Made by a program: the position numbers and the translations under genes | Shown: positions 17,667 through 26,200 of the stretch, in pieces | Position numbering within the stretch: position 1 is the first letter of the stretch | Layout of the letters: every line of letters begins with the position of its first letter | The notes under the pieces: model-generated | What the model was told of the DNA's origin: nothing | The model's database searches: none | The model's input: only the letters and a program-made list of their open reading frames with translations | DNA from: an uncultured Eubacteriales bacterium | GTDB lineage: Bacteria; Bacillota; Clostridia; Oscillospirales; Acutalibacteraceae | Assembly (NCBI GenBank): GCA_934630515.1 | Contig: CAKTVV010000012.1 | Coordinates: 7,578 to 71,577, forward strand | Direction of reading: 5' to 3' | Length of the DNA stretch: 64,000 nt

Positions 17667-18973
17667 GGTATCTCCTTGCTCTCCTCGTCCGCTATCTCGA
17701 ACAGCAGCCGCCCGTCGGCATCGGTATAGGCGGAGCAGATCCGTCCGTCCTCCAGACGGCATGCCACCCGCCCCCGCCAGCAGAAGCCGCTCACTGTCTC
17801 CGGAATCTCCCGGCGGGGACGCTCGGTATATTGGCAGTATGCCCAATCCTTTTCCCGCATGAACCGGTTCACATCGGTATACCGATGGCCAAACGCCCGG
17901 TCGCCGCACAGCCGCCACACATAGGTGTCATCGGTCTCGAAGCCATCCAGCGTATACCGGTCGCTGTAATGGAGGGTGCCCAGCGCCACCCGGTTCTTCC
18001 AGTCGATCTCCCAGAGGAATCCGTTGTCGGTCATGGCGTATACCCGCCCGTTGGCGCCCGGCTTCAGCCCGTTTTCCACCACCCTGCCACAGCCGGCGGT
18101 AAACACACCGGTCAGCGGCGCCGGGGCATAGGGCGGGCGCACCGCCCCCGCCGGACGGACATAGTCGGCAGGCTCCTCGATCCGCCCTGTGTCGTGGTTA
18201 TAGGTGCGCACGGTCAGCTGCCCGTTTTTCTCGTCCAGTATCCGGGTATGCCGCTGCCCATCCCGGGAGCAGGAGGGGGCGGCGCCGACGGTGAAATAGG
18301 CGATCCCGTCGGTCAGCGCCTGACTGTCCGGGTGATGATGCCCCATATGGTAATGCCCGGAGAACCACAGGGCGATCTGCCGGTAGCGGCGTGCCAGCGC
18401 CGGCCATACCTCGATGCCGTGATCCTGATCAAGATAGGCATTCGCCGCCCGCACATGCACCGTCGGCACCGTCAGCAGTCCGCAGCCCATCGGCGGCGCA
18501 TGGGTGATCAGCACCGTGGGCTTTTCCGGCTCCCGCTCCAGCTCCGCCGTCAGCCAGCGCAGGCTGTCCGGCGAAACGTAGCACTCATATTCAAAGTAGA
18601 AATCGTTCCGGGGCTGCGGCTCGATGTTCACGCAGATCACCCGGAAGGTGTCAAACTCCAGCACGGTATTCCGGGGCGGGCTGCCGAAGGCACGGGCGTA
18701 GTTCGCCGCCACCGTGCCGCTTTTCATCTGCCGCTCCCCCGATTCATATTGCACGTCGTGGTTGCCCACCAGCGCCAGCGGCCGGGGAATGCCCGCCCGC
18801 TCAAATGCCGCCGCCACCCGATGGAACGCCTCATAGTTGCCGAAAATATCCCAGTAGCCGTAGTCCCCCACCAGAATCGTATGATCCGGGTGCAGCGCTG
18901 CGATCTCCGCCGCTACGGTATCCAGAGACTCATCCTTCTCGTATTGCAGATCTCCCACAATGGCGATTCTCAT
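17663..18973 (-). CDS. metallophosphoesterase with a C-terminal beta-rich domain
   Basis: GDLQY, VGDYG, GNHDV, THAPP and GHYHMGHHH motifs. ATGA overlap with the upstream GH-like gene. Confidence 0.85.
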   Translation of the reverse strand: MRIAIVGDLQYEKDESLDTVAAEIAALHPDHTILVGDYGYWDIFGNYEAFHRVAAAFERAGIPRPLALVGNHDVQYESGERQMKSGTVAANYARAFGSPPRNTVLEFDTFRVICVNIEPQPRNDFYFEYECYVSPDSLRWLTAELEREPEKPTVLITHAPPMGCGLLTVPTVHVRAANAYLDQDHGIEVWPALARRYRQIALWFSGHYHMGHHHPDSQALTDGIAYFTVGAAPSCSRDGQRHTRILDEKNGQLTVRTYNHDTGRIEEPADYVRPAGAVRPPYAPAPLTGVFTAGCGRVVENGLKPGANGRVYAMTDNGFLWEIDWKNRVALGTLHYSDRYTLDGFETDDTYVWRLCGDRAFGHRYTDVNRFMREKDWAYCQYTERPRREIPETVSGFCWRGRVACRLEDGRICSAYTDADGRLLFEIADEESKEIP

Positions 18974-21900
18974 TGCGCTTCCTCCTTAAACAAACGAATG
19001 ACGGGGGCGGACAGAATGCCGGTCTCCTGAAAACAGTAGCCCTCCGTATAGTTGGCATCCACATCCCATGAGGACGGCAGAATATAATAGTGCGGGTCGG
19101 CGATCCGGCGATTGTGAATGGGACCGAAGGTGTTGTTGCGGTTGCCATAGCACACCAGCTCCAGCGTATGCCGCCCCCGGGTAAGAGACGTGCGCACCGT
19201 AAAGGGCGCCCAGGCGATCAGACCCGCATCCCGCCCGTCCACCCGCACCCGGATACAGGGGGCGGCAAAATCCGCCACAGCGATCTCCGCCACACACGCC
19301 TCGGTATCCAGCTCGGTGCGGTAGACCACCGTGCCGCCGTAGAAGGGCATTCCCTGCCGCCCGGGAGCGGTAAAGCCCTCGGCATCCGACGCCGGCTGCA
19401 GGGTCACGGCGGTGCCGTCCAGCGCCGCCGCAAATTCGCCCAGCAGATAGCCCGGCTCCAACTGCCGCACGGTGGTGATCGGCAGCAGCACCATCAGCTC
19501 GTTTTCCCCGGCCCGGGCAGCAGGCAGCGCCACGGTGGGAATATCCTCATCCACATACCAGCCGGTGAGGGCAGTCGGCACCTCGGCTCCGTTGAACCAC
19601 AGGCGTGCCTCCCCCACCCGCTCCAGCGCCAGCTGCAGCCCTGTCAGCGGCTGGGTGCAGCGGAACGTATACCGGACATACACCGGATACCGGGGAGGGT
19701 TCTCCACAATATACGGCTGCGCCTCAGTGGGCGTCATGCCCAATATCCGGCAGATCCACGTATTCTGCGCCAGCACATAGTCCTCATCGCCGTAGACGGT
19801 GCCGTCCAGCGACACCCGGCACCGATCCAGCACCACGCAGTTCGGCTCCGTCCGGGTACACACCGCCCGCTCCGGCACAATCACCCGGTACGGCTGCGGC
19901 GGCGTCTCCGGGTGCAGCGGCGCCGGGCGCTCCTGCGTCAACCGCAGCAGCAGGCTATCATTGGCGTACCAATCCCGGCGCACCAGCGTTTTGCCCTTTT
20001 CCACCGTATAGTCCGCCGGCTCCGTCGTCCCGGTCAGGGTGTTATACACCGTTACGCCGTATTCTCCGGCGATCTCAACGGTCACCCGCTCCGGCGTGAC
20101 GGTGCGGCGGGCGGGGTCGGTCTTGCCCAGCTCCCGGGCGGTGGCGATCAGCAGCCAGCGGTCGCCGTCCTTTTCGCTGAGACGGCAGAGCTTATCCGAC
20201 GTGCCGACGGGCTGCCCCGCCTGCGCAATGCGCACCCGGCGGCAGAACTCCAACGCCTCCGGCAGCGCCGCCAGCGTCGGCAGCACCATCGCCTGCCGAT
20301 ACAGCGCTTCCACCCGGCGGCTAGGACGGCCGTCCAGATACCGGGGGCACTCTCCCAGAAAGATCACCCTGCCGCCGGTGTGCAGAAACCGCTCCAACAG
20401 CGCCACGGTGGTCTCCCGCAGCGTCAGCACGGGCGGCACCACCACGGCGGCATAGGACATGGCGCCTACCTGCAGCCGCTCGGAGCAGGCGGTCTCCTGC
20501 GCTGGCAGATTGCCCTCGCAGAGAAAATCAAAATCATAGTTGGCGTACAGCAGCGTCCGGATCACGGCGTGAATCTGCTGCTCCTGCTGCCGGATGGCAG
20601 CGGCGGACTTATCCCGGGGCCCAACGGACAGCATCATGCTCTCGATGGGATGGATCACCGCCACATCCACCACATCCCGGCTGCCCTCGAACACCACATT
20701 CAGCCGGGCGTAATGCTCCTCCAGCGTCCGCAGCTCCCGGCACCAGGGCGCCTGCTCGTTAAAGGAGGCGGGATAATCCCGCTTAGCACTGCCCTTCATG
20801 GAATACATTGCCAGATGGGGCACCCGGAGGGTCACCCCGCACACCGCCTGCCAATCGCCCTGCATCTTCAGACATTTGAAGTCGAAATCCCAGCCGGTGA
20901 CGCCATACAGCTCCGACAGCATCCCCGGCTTTCCGTACTGCCGCACCACCGACTGGGTCTGCTTGGCGGTGAGCAACTCGATGTGGTCGAACAGCATATC
21001 GATGCCGGGAATATCAAAGGCGGGATACAGCTGCATCAGATCGCCGCCCCAGCTGAGCTGCTCAAACAGCTCGTCCTCCATCATCAAATGCCCGCAGAAC
21101 CGCAGCCCCTGCCGCTGCGCCGTGGTACGCAGTGTATCAAAAAACGCCTCCCGTGTCAATCGGGTGGTCAGCTGAAAATAATCGTACCGCAGGGCGCTGT
21201 GAACCCCCTCCCGGTCCCAGAACAGCTCCGGCAGCCGGTCTATGAGGTCATAGCCATAGGTTTCCCGGAACCGCTCCGGCAGCCGATAGGTCCAGCAGAC
21301 CGCCGCCGCTCCGGTGCTGGTCTCCTCCGGCAGCCGGATAGGCATATGCCGGGGTTCATCGGAGAAAATGGTGGGGATCGTTTTCCCGTATTCCGCCCCG
21401 AAGCGGCGAAAATATTCCCCATGGGTCAGCTCCGTAAAGCGCACCATCGCCTCCGGCTGCATAATATCTGCATAGGTCTGGAAATTATACCGCCCGCTGG
21501 GAGCCATGGTCTCGGAATAGGCGTATATCTTACGGTGCGCCGCCGGCTCCTCCGGCCGGATCCGCCGGTAGGAGCGCAGCCAACCCGCAGCGGTAAATTC
21601 CACATCGTAGCAGCCCACCAGATAGGCGCCGCCGCTCTCCACGGCGGCATCCCGGTCGGCGGTGAGGGGCGGCAGGCTCTCCTCGTCGGCGGTGAGAATC
21701 AGCGTACGCTGCCGATACCGGGGGGTACAGGTCACAGCGCCCCCTGCATAGCCGGAGGGCCACCGATCCTCATCGTAGAGACACGCCTGCATCCCGGCAG
21801 CCTTTGCCGCCTCGATGCACGCCCCCACACAATCCAAAAACGCTTCACTGAGATACGCCGTTTCCAGCCCGTAGCGGGAATGCATATAAAAGCCGCCGAA

Positions 21901-22032
21901 CCCCATCTCCCGGAAAACGGCGATCTGCCGCTCCAGCCGTTTCCGCTCCAGCGGACCGTTCCAGGACCAAAAGGGCGCCGACCGATAGGCGGCGGTGGGA
22001 TGCGCAAACAGCTCCGTGGAAAAGCTCTGCAT
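18970..22032 (-). CDS. large glycoside hydrolase-like protein (TIM barrel plus jelly-roll; GH106-like from memory)
   Basis: The N-terminus YRSAPFWSWNGPL...FREMGFGGFYMHSRYGLETAYLSE...LYDEDRWPSGYAGG is typical of about 1000-aa proteins annotated as glycosyl hydrolase or glycosylhydrolase-like jelly-roll. AGAGGAG RBS. Confidence 0.6.
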   Translation of the reverse strand: MQSFSTELFAHPTAAYRSAPFWSWNGPLERKRLERQIAVFREMGFGGFYMHSRYGLETAYLSEAFLDCVGACIEAAKAAGMQACLYDEDRWPSGYAGGAVTCTPRYRQRTLILTADEESLPPLTADRDAAVESGGAYLVGCYDVEFTAAGWLRSYRRIRPEEPAAHRKIYAYSETMAPSGRYNFQTYADIMQPEAMVRFTELTHGEYFRRFGAEYGKTIPTIFSDEPRHMPIRLPEETSTGAAAVCWTYRLPERFRETYGYDLIDRLPELFWDREGVHSALRYDYFQLTTRLTREAFFDTLRTTAQRQGLRFCGHLMMEDELFEQLSWGGDLMQLYPAFDIPGIDMLFDHIELLTAKQTQSVVRQYGKPGMLSELYGVTGWDFDFKCLKMQGDWQAVCGVTLRVPHLAMYSMKGSAKRDYPASFNEQAPWCRELRTLEEHYARLNVVFEGSRDVVDVAVIHPIESMMLSVGPRDKSAAAIRQQEQQIHAVIRTLLYANYDFDFLCEGNLPAQETACSERLQVGAMSYAAVVVPPVLTLRETTVALLERFLHTGGRVIFLGECPRYLDGRPSRRVEALYRQAMVLPTLAALPEALEFCRRVRIAQAGQPVGTSDKLCRLSEKDGDRWLLIATARELGKTDPARRTVTPERVTVEIAGEYGVTVYNTLTGTTEPADYTVEKGKTLVRRDWYANDSLLLRLTQERPAPLHPETPPQPYRVIVPERAVCTRTEPNCVVLDRCRVSLDGTVYGDEDYVLAQNTWICRILGMTPTEAQPYIVENPPRYPVYVRYTFRCTQPLTGLQLALERVGEARLWFNGAEVPTALTGWYVDEDIPTVALPAARAGENELMVLLPITTVRQLEPGYLLGEFAAALDGTAVTLQPASDAEGFTAPGRQGMPFYGGTVVYRTELDTEACVAEIAVADFAAPCIRVRVDGRDAGLIAWAPFTVRTSLTRGRHTLELVCYGNRNNTFGPIHNRRIADPHYYILPSSWDVDANYTEGYCFQETGILSAPVIRLFKEEAQ

Positions 22033-22183
22033 AAGGTATTGCTCCTCTGTTTCCGATACGGTATTTCTTATAATCTAAGTATAGCATACATTCCCAAAAA
22101 ATTAACAGTCGATTTTTTGCATTTGTTGTGGTATACTAAGGAATAGACGGTATATATAACACACTGCGAAAGGAGAACCGGGG

Positions 22184-23137
22184 ATGAAGACCTACACCAT
22201 GAATGACCGCCTGCCGTTTCACTCGCTGAATGACGACGGCATTGTTTTGTGGAAAGGGGATGCCATACGGCCCGAGCCCATCCACACCCACGAATTTGTC
22301 GAAATCACCTACATATACTCCGGCAAAGGCGTCCACAAGATCAACGGCACCTCCTATCCGGTGCACCGGGGCGATTTCCTGTTTATCAACTACAACGACA
22401 CCCACTGCTTCGAGCCCATCGAGAATCTGGTGTATTGCAACATCCTGCTGCTGCCCAGCTTCATCAACAATGAGCTGATCAACTCCGAGAATGCGCTGGA
22501 CATGCTGATGCTGTCCACCTTCAGCAGCATCAACGCCGATCTGAAATCCATCCACCCGTTTATTCATTTCCGGAAAAAAGAGGCGGAGGAGATCGAAAGT
22601 CTCATCAACCAGATGCTGCTGGAAAACGAAAACCGGGATCGGGAATTTCGCACCGTCTTAAAGTCCCTGATGATGGTGCTGCTGGTGAAGATCTTCCGGA
22701 AAATGCAGGCGGACGATCACGCTGTCGCCATCAACAACACCGGCAAGCTGACCCCGGAGATCATCGACTATATCAACAAAAACTGCTACGAAAAGATCTC
22801 CCTGAGCCATCTGGCGCAGAAATGCTTTTACAATCCGGCGTATTTCAGCCGCATCTTCAAGGAATACACCGGCATGACCCTCACCAGCTTCGTGCAGAAG
22901 CAGCGCATCGCCAAGGCGCAGCAGCTGCTGGTGGATACGGAGCGCAGCGTCAGCGACATCAGCACCACTGTCGGCTACAGCGACAAGACCCAGTTCTACA
23001 AAATTTTCCGCAAATACTCCGACGGGCTGCTGCCAAACGAATTCCGCAGCCGCTATCGGGAGAGCGGCGCTCCCCTTCCTCTGTCGGCGGACAGCATCCA
23101 GCCCTCCGCCGAAGACGAACCATCGGACAACGACTAA
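22184..23137 (+). CDS. AraC family transcriptional regulator (cupin plus HTH)
   Basis: N-terminal cupin-like region and C-terminal AraC HTH (YFSRIFKEYTGMTLTSF, GYSDKTQFYKIFRKY). Confidence 0.9.
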   Translation: MKTYTMNDRLPFHSLNDDGIVLWKGDAIRPEPIHTHEFVEITYIYSGKGVHKINGTSYPVHRGDFLFINYNDTHCFEPIENLVYCNILLLPSFINNELINSENALDMLMLSTFSSINADLKSIHPFIHFRKKEAEEIESLINQMLLENENRDREFRTVLKSLMMVLLVKIFRKMQADDHAVAINNTGKLTPEIIDYINKNCYEKISLSHLAQKCFYNPAYFSRIFKEYTGMTLTSFVQKQRIAKAQQLLVDTERSVSDISTTVGYSDKTQFYKIFRKYSDGLLPNEFRSRYRESGAPLPLSADSIQPSAEDEPSDND

Positions 23138-23141
23138 AGAC

Positions 23142-23171
23142 AGCCCCGCCAACCGGTCGGTTGGCGGGGCT
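23142..23171. terminator. bidirectional terminator hairpin between the araC-like gene and the end of the 30-kb block
   Basis: 13-bp stem AGCCCCGCCAACC / GGTTGGCGGGGCT with loop ggtc and T-rich flanks on both strands. Confidence 0.6.
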
Positions 23172-23210
23172 TCTTTCCGCTTCGGGGAATAGGGGAGGTT
23201 TATAGGAAAT

Positions 23211-26200
23211 TTACTCTACGGTGATCTTCATCACGCCGCCATAATGGGAACCGTACATGGTGTGCTGCGGAATAATCACCGTCTCCCCCGTGGTCGGGTC
23301 CGTTCCGGAAATGTGCGTGTAGAAGTTGGCGTGCCAGTGGCCGTTAAAGACCGCCTTCACCACATCCGCATTGTTCCGGATCAGGTCGCACACCTGATTG
23401 GTGGTCGCATCGCTGATGGAATTGCCCACAAAATCCAGGCTGGTGGTGGTGTTGTATACGCCATTGTTGTTTTCCGCTGTACCGAACTGACCGCCCCGGC
23501 CGTAGCCGCTCATATCGTACACGGTGGTCTCATCCGGTGCGATCGGAATATGCTGGAATACGAGGATCGGGATCTGCTTTTCCCGTGCCGTCTGAATATC
23601 CGCTGTCAGCGGGGCGATCTGGCTCGCCCAATACTTACCCTGCGAGTTATCCAGCACCACCAGCATATAGGCGGGCTTGCCGTCGGCATCGTTTACCGTC
23701 TCGCTGTGATAGTACACATCGTTGGACCAGCCCTCCTGAATCCGGGCAAAGCCCTCCGCCGGGGTGATGTCCGTCAGCGCCTTGTTATCCGGCTGGGACA
23801 GCTCCTTGACCTCGTGGTTGCCCACCGCCATGAGCACGCTGCCGTTCACCGACCGCCGGGTGATAAGATTTCTCGTCACATCCAGCGCTCCATAGGTGAG
23901 ATAGTCCACGGCATCGCCGCCCATAACTGTCTTCTGGAAGGTGGCGGCGTATTTCGCCACCGCCGCCTGCTTGCGGATGGCGTCGCCGGCACGCAGCCAG
24001 CTGCGGCCACGATAGGAGGACAGCGCATTGATGTTCTTGCTCTCAATGTCCCGGCTGTTGATATACGCCATATGGGGGTCGGTGTAGAAGCACAGCTCGC
24101 TCTTCGTGATGTTGAAGCCGCTGTTCACGGTGACGCTGCGCTCATACAGGCCGTTGGACAGCTGCAGGATCTTGTGGTTGGGATCCGTGGGATCCTCATA
24201 GAGGGTCGTTGCCCCCGCATACAGGCTGTTGCGGTAGTTCGGGAACACCGTATCCTCCACATGCCGGACGATCGCCTCGTAGTCGGCATTGGTCTCGCCG
24301 CCAGCAATGGCCTCCGCCGCTACCTTATAGGCGCTGGTGGTGTCATCCTCGGTGTAGAGCACCCGCTCGATGCCGTTGCCGTCCCGATAGCGGATATAGC
24401 CCCGCACCTGATGGAACTCGTCGTAAGAATCAGCCGTGATGCCGGTAATGACGCACCGATAGCTGCGCTCGGTATCCGACTCCAGTATGCCGGTCGGTGC
24501 CAGCGTGATCGGTGTGGCACCCACGGTCTTGGGGGTGAATACATTCACATCCTCCACCGTCGGCTCCCATTCCAGCACCACCGGCGTATCCAGACAGATC
24601 TCCCGTCCGCCCGCCGTATCGGAGGGCAGGGTGATGGCGCCGGATTCCACCACGGTAGGCAGCGCCGCCAAAAATGCCTTGCTCTGCTTAAAGGCAACGC
24701 TCAGCGCCGTTCCGGAGAGGGTATCCACCGCCACGTCTGCGATCCCGAAGTCGTCAGCGGTCAAAGCTACATACTGCGCCGTCAGCACATCCCCGTGCTG
24801 ATAGGTGTCCACCGCCTGCACATACTGTCCGGCGGCGTTTTTCCAGCCCAGGAACGCCTGCCCGGCGACGTACGCCGCCGTTTCCTTGGTCAGATCGACG
24901 GTGACGTTATCGTATACGGTGATAGTCTTGCCGTCGTTGGCGTAGTATTCCACCACCTGCACGGTATAGGAGCCGGCAGCCGGCAGCGTCAGCACGCCGC
25001 CCACCGAAACCGCCTCGTTGCCGTTTGCATCCGTGGCGATAGCGGTGTAGCCCTCCGCCACGGTATAGACACCCACCTTGTCGGTCAGCGTCAAAGCGCC
25101 GGGCATTTTGGTTGTGACCTGCACCATATAGATCCCATCCTGAGCGGTCACGCCGCTGAATTTTGTCACATCGCCCACGCAGGTGGCACCGTTCACCAGC
25201 ACCTGAATGGCGCCGCCCACCGTCAGCGGACCGCTGCCGTCCACCAGTGTGACTGTGGAAGCGTCCTTCACCTCGAGGCTGAGATTGCCGTCGATGGTGG
25301 TGGTACCGGAGCCGTTATTTCCGATATACACCTCGGGAGCCGCCGCCGCATTGTCAAACACCAGCTGCACATTTCCGGCGAACCGGTTGGAATTATTGCT
25401 GTACGCCTCCAGATAGATGGTCTGGTTTTTGCCGTTTGCCTTATAGGCGTTGCGGAACACCACCGTCGTATCTGCCGCCGCCGTGTTGCCGCCCTTGAGA
25501 TAGCCGAGATTCGTTCCCAGCGCACCCCGGGCCTTCACCTGTCCGTTCCAGCGGGTGGGCTGGGTGGCAGAGGCGTTGGTCTCGTAGTCGGCGCCGTAGC
25601 CGTCGGTATAGTCGTTATCGAACATGCCGTACAGCACCGAATCGTCATAGGTGACGCTGTAACCGTTGTGATAGATATACTGATTGACCCGGCGGGTACC
25701 CACCAGCGTCAGATCCTTGAACACCGTAGGACCGCCGATGGTCAGCGGTGCATTGCCGCCCAGCGTGTTGCTGAAGGGCAGATAGGTGGGATCCTCGGCG
25801 GTATTGTACAGTCCCTGCACCACCACCGTCGCCTCATAGGTGGGGGTAGCGGTATACCGGTTGCTGGTCGCCTCCGCATTGGTGAGGTTCACCCAGGAGG
25901 TAAATCCGTGCTGGGGCATCACCTTATTGGTGACGCCGTTCACCTTGTAGTTGCCGACGATCTCATCCACGCCCTTGGTCGCCCGCTCGGCGCCCTTCAG
26001 GATATAGAGATGCGCCGTAGCCCCGGCAGTCAGTCCGTCGGCGTTGATAGTATTCAGCGCATCCACCACGGATGCCGCCGGAGCGGTGGCGGTGCGTCCG
26101 TCGCCGGTGCCGCCCGCCTGCACATAATAGTTTCGGGAGGCCGCCTCGGGATCCTCCCACTCGATGGAAGCCAGCCCCAGCAGGCACCGGCGCAGCAGCG

